Below are positions 51,840-61,373 of a stretch of DNA of 64,000 nt, piece by piece (position 1 is the stretch's first letter; every line of letters starts with the position of its first letter). Source of the stretch: a virus (taxonomy: Duplodnaviria > Heunggongvirae > Uroviricota > Caudoviricetes); the IMG/VR virus record IMGVR_UViG_3300020721_000006. One strand, 5' to 3'. Both the position numbers and the translations under genes were made by a program. The notes beneath the pieces are model-generated. The model was not told the origin of the DNA. It worked only from the letters and a program-made list of their open reading frames with translations, and did no database searches.

Positions 51840-54524
51840 ATGTCAATAAGAAAAATTAGAGCAGGACGTATTCCAACTATTTCAGCAAATGAATATATTG
51901 GTGAACGTGGAACTATATTTTGGAATGAAGATACTGGTGAACTACGCTTAAGTGATGGCATTACACCAGGTGGAAATACAGTTATTGTTGGATTTGCGTC
52001 CGAGCAAATAGCAGGAAGTGTAAAACCAGGTGGTGGATTTACTGTTTCAGCCGATGCAACACTTAGTTTGAATGTTGGATCAATGTTTGAATTAGATATA
52101 AACAATGTATTTCAGCTTAAACCTGCCACTTCTTCACAATTGGGTGGCATTAAAGCAGGTCCTGGTATCGAAATTGCATCCGATGGCACGTTACTTATTG
52201 ATAGCGCTGGTCTAAGTTTTAGTTTTGGTGATTTTTATGCATCAGGAAATAATTTTTCAACTGTTAATTTAAATGAAGATGTGAACATCGTATCAAATGG
52301 TACTGGAACTGTTAACATAGTTGGTAATTTTTCAGTTTATAAAACAGACGATACGGTAGCAGGTGCTGAAGCGGTAAGTCCGATTTTTCATATTAGTGGA
52401 GATGGACAAATACAAATGTTAGTTCCATCTGCAGACCAAAATACTGGTGCATTAGAAATAGTTGGTTCATTAGATGGTGTCTATCAAATTCCAGTTAATA
52501 CAGGTGTAATGCTACATATAACAGGTATACCACCCCAAGGAGGAATAGCTACACCGAGTCGTTTATATAACGATGCCCAAGGTTCATATGCATTATATGC
52601 TGGAAGAAGATATAATGGAACAGCGGTGTCACCATTGCCTGTATTAGCAAATGAACCACTTGTAAGATATGCTGGGGTTGGCTATGCTAGTGGTGGTTGG
52701 CCAGGATTTGGGCCAGCTAGAATGGAAATTAATGCTGGTGAAAATTTAACTAATACTAATCAAGGTGGATATTTAACATTCTATGCTACACCAAATGGTC
52801 AAATTGCAAGTACAAATAATACTAAATTAGTTGCTAGAATGGATACTACCAGCGGTATTGTATCATCTAAATTAAATGTTGTAAATTATACCGTTATCAA
52901 TGGGCATTTAAATGCAGTTCCTCTGGTTATTAACGTATCTGGTGCAAGTGGAACAGCAGGAACTGCTACATTAACTTTTTCAACACAACCATTCCCACCA
53001 TTCTTGGTAGGTGGAAAAATTACTGTTTCTAGTATGAATCCAGCAGGATACAATGCGAATTCGGTGACAGTTACTGCATGTACAACGACATCAGTAAGCT
53101 ATAGTAATGCCACTACCGCAACATTTGTTGCTGGGGGAATTATAACTGGATTGGATACTATTGTTCTTAATTCTGGATTGGTTGGTGCAATTGATAATAT
53201 TAACATCGGAACATCAACTCCTGGCACTGGTGCTTTTTCTGCATTATCTGCATCAAATGTCTCATCATCTACTGGAGTAGTTTCACTAGGAACATTTGCT
53301 GGCTCATTCACCGATGGCGTAATCATCGATTATGCAAATAGCATAGGTCGTATTAGTGTAGGAGACAATGATGGAATTACATTTTATAAAAGTGCAAATA
53401 CAACTAGAGCAGCATTACTAGCAATAAATTCAAATGGAAATTTAACATTATCTGGAAATACATTAACTATATCAAATGCAACATGCTATATAGTTAATAC
53501 AACTGCAACAACTGTTAATTTTGCTGGTGCAGCTACCACATTGAACATTGGAAATTCTAGTGGCACTACTACAATATCTGGTAATTTATCTGTTTCTAAT
53601 ACCATATCTGGTAGTGTTAGTGGCAACGCTGGAACTGCGACTAAACTGGCAACAACAACTAACATAAATGGAGTTAGTTTTGATGGATCGTTGTCTTCAT
53701 ACACATTAACAGCTGCAGCAGGAACCTTAACAGGAACTACCTTAAATTCAACCATAGTAAATAGTAGTTTAACAAGTGTTGGAGCATTAACTAGTGGTAG
53801 TATAGGTTCTGGATTTACTGCAATACCTAACTCAGCGTTAGCACATAATAGTACAACTATAGGTACTACTGCGATTAGTTTAGGTAGTTCAAGTACAACA
53901 TTAAGTGGTATGTCTAGTATAACATTTGCTGGTGCAACTAGCGGAACTTCATTATTACAATCTCAAGCAATCGCTGCAACAACAACATTTACTTTACCAT
54001 CAACTACCGGTACATTAATAGGTACAGGCGATACTGGCACAGTATCTAATTCTATGCTATCACATAGCACAATTTCTGGAGTTGCTTTAGGTAATAACTT
54101 AAATTCTTTAACAACAGGATTTGGATTACAATTATCTTCAGGAACAACATATAATGGTAGTTCATCTCTTACATTAAATAAATATTACACAATAACTGGA
54201 CCAGTATCTATAGTATCTAATGCTTATGCGTTAGACTTAGGAACAGCAAATGGTGTTGTTATTTTAGATAACGCTGGTGCTGCATTTACTATTACTATTT
54301 CTAATCCGCTAGCAGGTAGAAATATTCGTGTATTAGTTACATCATTAAAAGGAAATCCAGTAATTACTATTAGTGGATTATCTGCGTCAAATAGTAGTAA
54401 TGGAACACTTACATTCACTTCAAATTATGGTCCAGGTACTACTACATTTGCATTAATTGAATTCATTTGTACCTCTAGTGCTCTGTCTGGGGTTTATATG
54501 AATATATCTGGTGGGGCTAAATAA
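51840..54524 (+). CDS. large fibre-like structural protein (894 aa)
   Basis: N-terminal IRKIRAGR ... GERGTIFWNEDTGELRLSDG domain homologous to N-terminus of fibre ORF 62664; long S/T/G/N-rich beta-rich body. Confidence 0.65.
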   Translation: MSIRKIRAGRIPTISANEYIGERGTIFWNEDTGELRLSDGITPGGNTVIVGFASEQIAGSVKPGGGFTVSADATLSLNVGSMFELDINNVFQLKPATSSQLGGIKAGPGIEIASDGTLLIDSAGLSFSFGDFYASGNNFSTVNLNEDVNIVSNGTGTVNIVGNFSVYKTDDTVAGAEAVSPIFHISGDGQIQMLVPSADQNTGALEIVGSLDGVYQIPVNTGVMLHITGIPPQGGIATPSRLYNDAQGSYALYAGRRYNGTAVSPLPVLANEPLVRYAGVGYASGGWPGFGPARMEINAGENLTNTNQGGYLTFYATPNGQIASTNNTKLVARMDTTSGIVSSKLNVVNYTVINGHLNAVPLVINVSGASGTAGTATLTFSTQPFPPFLVGGKITVSSMNPAGYNANSVTVTACTTTSVSYSNATTATFVAGGIITGLDTIVLNSGLVGAIDNINIGTSTPGTGAFSALSASNVSSSTGVVSLGTFAGSFTDGVIIDYANSIGRISVGDNDGITFYKSANTTRAALLAINSNGNLTLSGNTLTISNATCYIVNTTATTVNFAGAATTLNIGNSSGTTTISGNLSVSNTISGSVSGNAGTATKLATTTNINGVSFDGSLSSYTLTAAAGTLTGTTLNSTIVNSSLTSVGALTSGSIGSGFTAIPNSALAHNSTTIGTTAISLGSSSTTLSGMSSITFAGATSGTSLLQSQAIAATTTFTLPSTTGTLIGTGDTGTVSNSMLSHSTISGVALGNNLNSLTTGFGLQLSSGTTYNGSSSLTLNKYYTITGPVSIVSNAYALDLGTANGVVILDNAGAAFTITISNPLAGRNIRVLVTSLKGNPVITISGLSASNSSNGTLTFTSNYGPGTTTFALIEFICTSSALSGVYMNISGGAK

Positions 54525-54931
54525 TGAAAATAAGAGAAATAATTAACGAAGGGTTAGCGCAAGATAAAGCAAATTTAATAATTAAAAAATTTATACAGTT
54601 TGCACAAGACCATTTAGAGTTAGCTGAATTACCTTCTATTTCTCTAAACACTAATTCACACATAAGTATTGAACATAAATCATTTGGTGGATATAGTCCA
54701 TCTGATAAAAGTATTAATGTTATGATGTCTAATAGACATATACAAGACGTGCTTCGTACAATTGCACATGAACTTACGCATTATAAACAAGATCTAAATG
54801 GTGAATTAAATGCGGATAGTGGCAAAGATGGTAGCCCACAAGAAAATTCTGCAAATTCTACTGCAGCTATAATCCTTAGAAAGTGGGGTAAATTACACCC
54901 AGAATTATTTGGATATGAGGCTATAGAATGA
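54524..54931 (+). CDS. HExxH motif protein (metallopeptidase-like) with CTS-like N-terminus MKIREIINEG
   Basis: IAHELTHYKQ zinc-binding-like motif; TAATG coupling to fibre gene. Confidence 0.45.
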   Translation: MKIREIINEGLAQDKANLIIKKFIQFAQDHLELAELPSISLNTNSHISIEHKSFGGYSPSDKSINVMMSNRHIQDVLRTIAHELTHYKQDLNGELNADSGKDGSPQENSANSTAAIILRKWGKLHPELFGYEAIE

Positions 54932-54957
54932 AAAAAGGCCCGTTAAGGGCCTTTTAC

Positions 54958-55206
54958 TTATTTCTTACCTACAAATTCATTCATGCTATTTGCAATATCA
55001 AGAACTTTTTCAATGGTTGGAAAATCTGGTCTGTCTGGTGGAATAGTAAATCTATCTAGTTGTTCTAGCATCAAATATAGTTCATACTCTCTAAATCGTG
55101 CATTAAAATCACTTATTGCTAAATCTTTAGACATTGCTAGTATATCAGTTCTGATATCATAACCCGTTTTACCACTTGTTTTTACTTCCCTGCTTTGTAA
55201 TGACAT
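54958..55206 (-). CDS. hypothetical protein (82 aa)
   Basis: ORF, AAGGAGAATATT RBS. Confidence 0.4.
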   Translation of the reverse strand: MSLQSREVKTSGKTGYDIRTDILAMSKDLAISDFNARFREYELYLMLEQLDRFTIPPDRPDFPTIEKVLDIANSMNEFVGKK

Positions 55207-55281
55207 AATATTCTCCTTGTGTTCTTTAATTAAATAGTAAAAATGATATTATAGTATATTTTGTTATGGTTGTCAAGTCTC

Positions 55282-55289
55282 TATAAATA
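55282..55289 (+). promoter_or_regulatory. TATAAATA late-promoter box 6 nt upstream of tnpB ATG
   Basis: exact T4-type late -10 consensus. Confidence 0.4.
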
Positions 55290-55295
55290 ATTTAA

Positions 55296-56576
55296 ATGAA
55301 AACAATAATTAAATCAAGTCAACATAATATCAAATTTGCTAATATTGGTAAACAACTGATATTAAAAGAATTCATTACCGAATATGATCGGGTATTGTGG
55401 TGGTTTGTTGATTATTTATGGAATAATAAAATCATTTGGGGCAATAATAGAACTTTAGATATCAAAAATAATAAATTAGATGTTCCAAGTTTTATTTCTA
55501 CCACTGATATCGATTTAATTACCGATCTTTCAGCAAGGGCAATTAAATTAGCGTCAGGGGAAGCTCTGGCAATTATCAAAAGTAGAACAGAAAAACGAAG
55601 AAAACAATTATTTGTTCTCGCTAAACAAATGCGTGCTGGTGATAAATCTATTTCAAAATTACAATCAAAAATTGATAGTAATCCATTATCAAAACCAACA
55701 CGAAATAGCAATAATTTAGTAGCAAATTTGGATAGTAATTGCTGTAAATATATCCCAGATACCACTGGTATCTTTGATGGATGGCTGAAATTATCATCAC
55801 TTGGTAAAAGGTATGGACATATTTATATACCAATTAAAACAACAAGGCATTCAAATCAATTAGCCAAGAAAGGTTATAAAATGATTACTAGTTGGCAGAT
55901 TTCTACTAACACTTTATATTCCAGATGGGAAACTACACGAGAGAAATCAACTGGTAGTAAAATCATTGGTGCAGACCAAGGATATGTTACTTGCTTATCA
56001 TTAAGTGATGGACAAACAACTAGTGCTGATATGCATGGTCATGATTTACATAGTATAATCAATAAGTTATCATATAAAAAGAAAGGCAGTAATGGCTTTA
56101 AACGAGTACAGGAACACCGAACAAATTATATCAATTGGTCCATAAATCAATTGGATTTATCAAATATAAAAGAACTCAGATTAGAAAAGTTATTTCAAAT
56201 GAGAAAAGGTTCTAATATGGGAAGAAATTTAAGTCATTGGACTTATACACAAATCAATGCACAGATAATGAAGCGATGTGAAGAACTGGGTGTCCCAGTA
56301 ATCGAGCAATCGGCTAGTTATAGAAGTCAAAGATGTAGTGATTGTGGATGGACCCAAAAATCAAATAGGAAGGGAAAGGAGTTTATATGCAATCAATGTG
56401 GCGTATGCCATGATGCCGATATAAATGGCGCCCTAAATCATGAAGCCGACTTATATCGGCTCCCTGTTGGTTTTTGGCAGAACAAATTTAATATCAAGGG
56501 GTTCTATTGGACTTCTAGAATGGTATTAGATTTATCTGGTGCGGAGCTTATAGTCCCGCATGTACAAAATGTATGA
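55296..56576 (+). CDS. tnpB: TnpB (IS200/IS605 OrfB-type RuvC-like RNA-guided nuclease homologue), no adjacent tnpA
   Basis: RuvC-I IGADQGYVTC, Zn finger CSDCGW ... CNQCGVC, RuvC-III DADINGALN; 426 aa. Confidence 0.8.
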   Translation: MKTIIKSSQHNIKFANIGKQLILKEFITEYDRVLWWFVDYLWNNKIIWGNNRTLDIKNNKLDVPSFISTTDIDLITDLSARAIKLASGEALAIIKSRTEKRRKQLFVLAKQMRAGDKSISKLQSKIDSNPLSKPTRNSNNLVANLDSNCCKYIPDTTGIFDGWLKLSSLGKRYGHIYIPIKTTRHSNQLAKKGYKMITSWQISTNTLYSRWETTREKSTGSKIIGADQGYVTCLSLSDGQTTSADMHGHDLHSIINKLSYKKKGSNGFKRVQEHRTNYINWSINQLDLSNIKELRLEKLFQMRKGSNMGRNLSHWTYTQINAQIMKRCEELGVPVIEQSASYRSQRCSDCGWTQKSNRKGKEFICNQCGVCHDADINGALNHEADLYRLPVGFWQNKFNIKGFYWTSRMVLDLSGAELIVPHVQNV

Positions 56577-56677
56577 TTTATACAAACTGTATGTCTGTGA
56601 ATATATATTATACTAAATTATATAAAAATAGTCAAGATAATTTAATAATAAAATAAATACAGTATAAGGAACATCGG

Positions 56678-56932
56678 ATGAAAAAATCAACTCGCTCCAT
56701 ACTACAAGAATTAAGTGAAATTGGATTAAGTAGAGATACTAATCTAATAATAGAAAGTCGTGCTTCTAATATAATACAAAGTGCGATAAATCTAATTGAA
56801 CTAATTAAAGAAAACTACGATCCAGAAATCTCTGATGATTTAGAACGTAGATTCATCAATAGTATTAAATCAGGTGATACAACTAAATTCAAAAGGGGCC
56901 TTAAAAAACTACAAGAAAGTAAGAAAATTTAA
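56678..56932 (+). CDS. hypothetical protein (84 aa)
   Basis: AAGGAACATCGG RBS. Confidence 0.45.
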   Translation: MKKSTRSILQELSEIGLSRDTNLIIESRASNIIQSAINLIELIKENYDPEISDDLERRFINSIKSGDTTKFKRGLKKLQESKKI

Positions 56933-56939
56933 CTTTTTT

Positions 56940-56947
56940 GATAAATA
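56940..56947 (+). promoter_or_regulatory. GATAAATA late-promoter-like box
   Basis: 50 nt upstream of ATG 56998. Confidence 0.4.
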
Positions 56948-56997
56948 ATATTATAAACCTACAGAGTGTGGGTTGAAAAGCATATAGGAGAAAGATT

Positions 56998-57450
56998 ATG
57001 CCATCATTATTAGGAACAACAGGCATCGACGGAACAGTGAACACTGGCGTTGCTGCTAATTATTTAAAAACAAAACCAACTACACAACTTGGTACTCGTG
57101 CATTAGTATTTTTAAACATCACTTTGAGTGGTTCAGGTGCACCAGACTTAACTAAACAATCTGGTTCATCAGGTACTTATACTGACCCACAAAGTTATTT
57201 AACTACTCTAGTGCGTACAGTTCAGGGTTATGCTGAAATTTATGCAATCGGTACACCAACTGCAACTGATATTACTATTGCTATCGCTAGCAACACTGCT
57301 AATGATTCAGCTGATGGTAGTAACGTTTCTGATAGTTCTTGGGGTGATATCGAAGTAGCAGTATGGACTGCACTAGGTTCTTGGAATTCACCAATAGGAA
57401 CTAACGTTGTAGCTTCAGCTAAAAGCTTATCAGGTGCTACATTGGTTTAA
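56998..57450 (+). CDS. small S/T/G/A-rich protein (150 aa), probably abundant structural protein
   Basis: late box + strong RBS ATAGGAGAAAG + strong terminator directly downstream. Confidence 0.5.
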   Translation: MPSLLGTTGIDGTVNTGVAANYLKTKPTTQLGTRALVFLNITLSGSGAPDLTKQSGSSGTYTDPQSYLTTLVRTVQGYAEIYAIGTPTATDITIAIASNTANDSADGSNVSDSSWGDIEVAVWTALGSWNSPIGTNVVASAKSLSGATLV

Positions 57451-57470
57451 TAACTAGTTTAAATTAGATT

Positions 57471-57502
57471 AAAAAGCCTCGATTTATTCGGGGCTTTTTT
57501 TT
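57471..57502 (+). terminator. rho-independent terminator AGCCTCG-atttatt-CGGGGCT + T8
   Basis: 7-bp stem (one G.U) followed by eight T. Confidence 0.75.
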
Positions 57503-57518
57503 GTCTGCTAAATATAAG

Positions 57519-57935
57519 ATGATTTATAATTTATATACACTTGTAGATATCACACATACTGGACAATACCGTGCTGAACCTGGTAAGGAAGCTGCTCGAT
57601 GGAAAGAACAAAACTTCAATACCATCATCCAAACATTGGGTATTCGTTCTAATGTTTTCTATAGTATCAACCCAACTCTAGTAGAAGTAAAAGGAAAAGT
57701 TGTTGGGTTTAATACCAATGATATTATAAGAGTATGGAGATTTGATTTTGAATCTGAACGTGATTTTGTTTATGAAAAAGACGGTGATCCTGTTGGATTT
57801 CTTAAAGATGACTTTAATTTAGTTCCATATATCAATGGGTTAGATGAACTAATGGAACAAAAGTATGCAGTATTTGTGACTGAAGGTAAAGGTAAGAATA
57901 TAGTTTTTAACCATTTTCCGATAAATACACTATAA
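57519..57935 (+). CDS. hypothetical protein (138 aa)
   Basis: start at first ATG after terminator (ORF-track start is TTG). Confidence 0.5.
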   Translation: MIYNLYTLVDITHTGQYRAEPGKEAARWKEQNFNTIIQTLGIRSNVFYSINPTLVEVKGKVVGFNTNDIIRVWRFDFESERDFVYEKDGDPVGFLKDDFNLVPYINGLDELMEQKYAVFVTEGKGKNIVFNHFPINTL

Positions 57936-57953
57936 CCTCATTTGGGAGTCACA

Positions 57954-58202
57954 ATGGAGAACGGAATGTCACTAAAACCAACTGATATTGAAAAAGAAAA
58001 CTTAGAGAGTCACGTAGAATTATGTGCATTACGTTATCAAAATTTAGAATCAAGATTACATACAATTGAAACTAAAGTAGAAGTATTAGCTGAAAAAATA
58101 GAAGAAAGTAAAGGCAGTATGAGCAAAGTCATCATAGGTGCAACTGCTACTATTATAGCTGGTATTCTCTCAACTATTGTTACTATATTAATAAAATTCT
58201 AA
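57954..58202 (+). CDS. coiled-coil protein with C-terminal TM anchor (holin/spanin-like topology)
   Basis: GATAAATA box 57920-57927, GGGAG RBS; C-terminal IIGATATIIAGILSTIVTILIKF. Confidence 0.45.
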   Translation: MENGMSLKPTDIEKENLESHVELCALRYQNLESRLHTIETKVEVLAEKIEESKGSMSKVIIGATATIIAGILSTIVTILIKF

Positions 58203-58203
58203 T

Positions 58204-59403
58204 ATGTCAATTTCAGAAGCACCAGTTGCAGCATTTACAGTAAACAATACATTAAACCCAATTCTATGGGATAATGATGAATTACGTTTAGATATTAGAT
58301 ACAAATTGCTATCTATTGCTAAACACTTTGCAGATACTTTAAAAGTTAAACATCTTAACTTAACTGATGTAACAATCAGTGGTTCAAATGCTAGTTTTGG
58401 TTATTCTGAATATTCTGATGTTGATTTACATTTAGTAGTTGATATGCCAAATGATGAAGAATTAGAAGATTACTATAATGCAAAAAAGAATGAGTTTAAT
58501 AACAAATATGATATTAAATTAAAGAGCATACCAGTAGAAGTATATGTACAAAATAGTACACAACCACATCACTCGGCTGGTATATACAGTGTCCTAGATA
58601 ATAAATGGATACATAAACCATCTAAAGTAGTTCCAAAAGCAACTCCACAAGAAGTTAAAAATAAAGCACGAAATTATTCATCAAAAATTAATCAAGCACT
58701 TAGATCAAAAGATTTAGATGAAGCAAAAGCAGCCATGGATGATCTTAAAAGATTAAGACAAGCTGGATTAGAAATGGGGTGTGAAGAATCTGTAGAAAAC
58801 TTAGCGTTCAAGCTATTAAGATCTCGTGGAAAAATAGATAAGCTAAGAAATCACATAGACAAATTACAAAGTGCTGAACTCAGCCTTGGAGAACAAATGA
58901 AAATCAACGATATAGTAAAAGAAGATGGAACACATGCTGTTGTAACTAATTACCAACCAGGTAAATTAGTTTCGGTAACAATGCCAGATGGTACCCAAAT
59001 TCAAAAAGATTTAACAAAAGACCCTACTGCAATTGGTAAAGATGCGCAAGGTAATCCTGTATTTAACTTAACAGGTCAGCAAGGTTCTGCCGGTGCTATG
59101 CAAACAACTGAAAAACCAATTACAACTGGTTCACAGATTAGTATCAATACAAATCCATCACAAATGATGGGAATGGGTGAAACTAGTGAAGAAGAATTAG
59201 AAGATGACGATTTAGTTGATTCTAATAATGAAATTGGTGGTGATCCAACTGATAACTTTATAGATGGTATAATAGATAAAAGATTTGAAAGAGGTGCTCG
59301 TGGTAGCATGAGTAGTAAACAAACTGGTTCATTTGGGCCAGTATCTGGTTTAAAAGAGTCCGACGAACTTTATAAATGGTTAACCATTGCTGGTATAAAA
59401 TGA
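58204..59403 (+). CDS. nucleotidyltransferase-fold (Pol-beta-like) protein with long low-complexity acidic C-terminal region
   Basis: ISGSNASFGYSEYSDVDLHLVVD = GS-x9-13-DxD NTase signature. Confidence 0.55.
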   Translation: MSISEAPVAAFTVNNTLNPILWDNDELRLDIRYKLLSIAKHFADTLKVKHLNLTDVTISGSNASFGYSEYSDVDLHLVVDMPNDEELEDYYNAKKNEFNNKYDIKLKSIPVEVYVQNSTQPHHSAGIYSVLDNKWIHKPSKVVPKATPQEVKNKARNYSSKINQALRSKDLDEAKAAMDDLKRLRQAGLEMGCEESVENLAFKLLRSRGKIDKLRNHIDKLQSAELSLGEQMKINDIVKEDGTHAVVTNYQPGKLVSVTMPDGTQIQKDLTKDPTAIGKDAQGNPVFNLTGQQGSAGAMQTTEKPITTGSQISINTNPSQMMGMGETSEEELEDDDLVDSNNEIGGDPTDNFIDGIIDKRFERGARGSMSSKQTGSFGPVSGLKESDELYKWLTIAGIK

Positions 59404-59615
59404 AAATCGAAGAATTATTAGAAAATATGGAAATCTGGACAACTAATGAAGAAGCCAAGATTTTAAAAAAACTTAAATCGCCAGTAAAATTAAATACACT
59501 TAATGAACACGATAAAGTTAAAGTAGAATATATGATTAGAAAAGGTCTAGTTGAAAAAACTGGGTTTACTGACCCAACAGTGGTAGCAAATGAAAAATTC
59601 AAAAAAGACAATTAG
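59400..59615 (+). CDS. small protein with CTS-like N-terminus MKIEELLENM
   Basis: ATGA overlap with NTase gene. Confidence 0.45.
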   Translation: MKIEELLENMEIWTTNEEAKILKKLKSPVKLNTLNEHDKVKVEYMIRKGLVEKTGFTDPTVVANEKFKKDN

Positions 59616-60027
59616 AGAACTAGCTCAATATTTTGATCAAGAACTACAAACAAAATTACCAATATCAATTTTGCCTAATGGTATGTTGATATATAAAGAT
59701 TATCTGGTTAAACAACTTCCTAATAATAAATGGGGAGTGTTTAATATAAACAGTAAAGATTTAAAAGATCAGTTTCATTTGAAAAGTTGTGCCCTTATAG
59801 CTGCCAAAGCATATAATCACAGATACTTTTACAAATGTAATGAAATTAAGGACTTGGATAACAGTTATTGGGCAAATTATAGCGATGTTATAGTATATAA
59901 AAGTATTATCAACAAAGTCACAGATGACCAGTATCCAATACTATTAACTAGATTAGAAGAAAGTGATTACAGAGCCAACAAAGTTAAGAATAAGATTTCT
60001 AAGTTGTTTAAACACACTTTTGTATAA
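59590..60027 (+). CDS. hypothetical protein (145 aa)
   Basis: ORF. Confidence 0.4.
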   Translation: MKNSKKTIRELAQYFDQELQTKLPISILPNGMLIYKDYLVKQLPNNKWGVFNINSKDLKDQFHLKSCALIAAKAYNHRYFYKCNEIKDLDNSYWANYSDVIVYKSIINKVTDDQYPILLTRLEESDYRANKVKNKISKLFKHTFV

Positions 60028-60030
60028 ATA
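60023..60030 (+). promoter_or_regulatory. TATAAATA late-promoter box
   Basis: 30 nt upstream of ATG 60061 with AAGGAA RBS. Confidence 0.45.
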
Positions 60031-60060
60031 CATTATAAATTATGTTTAAGGAATATTAAC

Positions 60061-61008
60061 ATGCAACTAAAAGAATTATCACAACCAGTAACTAGCAAAC
60101 AATTGAACGAAAGTTTAGCTAAAACCTTTGGTTACAAATTAAAATTAGAACAATTTAATGACGTTCAATTGGGTGATGTGAGGAATAAATTACGTACTGA
60201 ACTTAGCCAAATGGAATTATCAGAAAGCTATGACAACATCTTAGAAAATGCAAAGTATCAAAAAACCAAAGCATTACTAGATGTAGTAAATCAAGCACTT
60301 TCTGAAAGAGCAGAAGAAGCTGAGTTAGCTGAAAATACTGTATCAACTAGACAAGTAAGTCAAGAAGCTATGATTTCTGCAATTCGTCATCGTGCTGAAA
60401 AAATGTCAGTACCAGAAAGCTGGATTAAAACTGCTATCAAAAGAATTCAATTAGGTGAATCTGATAGACAAGAATTGGCTGCTGAATTAACTTTACGTTA
60501 TGATTTATCTGAATCACAAGCAAGCTGGATGTTATTAGAAGGCGAAGAACAAAAGGCAGAAAATATTTTATCAACTAAAGATATGGTTAGTAAAGTTACT
60601 AACTGGATCGAAGATACTGCTGCAATGAAGGCTGATCAATTATTAGAATTACTTGACTCTATAAGAGCAGAACAAGGCAGTGACGTAGCAGGGCAATTTA
60701 ATGAAGTGGTTCAATCAGCATTAGATGGATTATATACAGCATTGGTATCAAGCCGTGAAGGATTGTCTAAAGGATTGGCAATTGTTTCTGGCGAACAAAT
60801 TGAAACAATGGGTGGTGCACCAGGTTCTGATGTAACAGCTGGAATGGGCGGTATGGAAGTACCAGAAATGCCAGGAGCTGAGGGTGGTGTCCCAGGTGAA
60901 GAAGGTGGTGAATTACCTCCTCCAGCATCAGAAGCAGACCGTATGAAACGTGAAAGCGTTGAATATAGTCGTCGTCTAGGAATGTTGCTTACCTCAAAAA
61001 AAAAGTAA
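60061..61008 (+). CDS. alpha-helical, highly charged protein with Gly/Glu-rich C-terminus (prohead scaffold-like)
   Basis: composition and late promoter; no catalytic motif. Confidence 0.45.
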   Translation: MQLKELSQPVTSKQLNESLAKTFGYKLKLEQFNDVQLGDVRNKLRTELSQMELSESYDNILENAKYQKTKALLDVVNQALSERAEEAELAENTVSTRQVSQEAMISAIRHRAEKMSVPESWIKTAIKRIQLGESDRQELAAELTLRYDLSESQASWMLLEGEEQKAENILSTKDMVSKVTNWIEDTAAMKADQLLELLDSIRAEQGSDVAGQFNEVVQSALDGLYTALVSSREGLSKGLAIVSGEQIETMGGAPGSDVTAGMGGMEVPEMPGAEGGVPGEEGGELPPPASEADRMKRESVEYSRRLGMLLTSKKK

Positions 61009-61013
61009 ATCTT

Positions 61014-61370
61014 TTGCGTGAGTTTGCTGATCCATTAGTAGATACTCTATCAAACTATCAAGCACAGGCAGATCATTCTGGACAAACTATAACCATACCG
61101 TGGGAAGCTATTAATAAAGTTATCACACGGTATGGATCACCAGCAATCGATGAAAAATCATTTAGTAAACAATACAATAGCGAACAAGAACAAGGTCTCT
61201 CTGTATTAAATAATATTGTTGATGGGAACAAAGACAGTTTTGACCAATATGGAATTAGATTAGTTCCAACTAATCAACCAGCAGACCAAGTAAATAATCA
61301 ACAAGTAATAGATCAATCACATAGCACAGTTAGTTCAACTGCAATGAGCCAACTTAAAAGGCAAAAATAA
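61014..61370 (+). CDS. hypothetical protein (118 aa)
   Basis: ORF. Confidence 0.45.
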   Translation: MREFADPLVDTLSNYQAQADHSGQTITIPWEAINKVITRYGSPAIDEKSFSKQYNSEQEQGLSVLNNIVDGNKDSFDQYGIRLVPTNQPADQVNNQQVIDQSHSTVSSTAMSQLKRQK

Positions 61371-61373
61371 AAC

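Noticed and set aside
53099-54418. Minus-strand ORFs inside the 894-aa fibre-like gene (53099-53326, 53486-53755, 54224-54418)
   Set aside because: Antisense to a well-supported long ORF; typical spurious ORFs in S/T/A/G-rich coding DNA.
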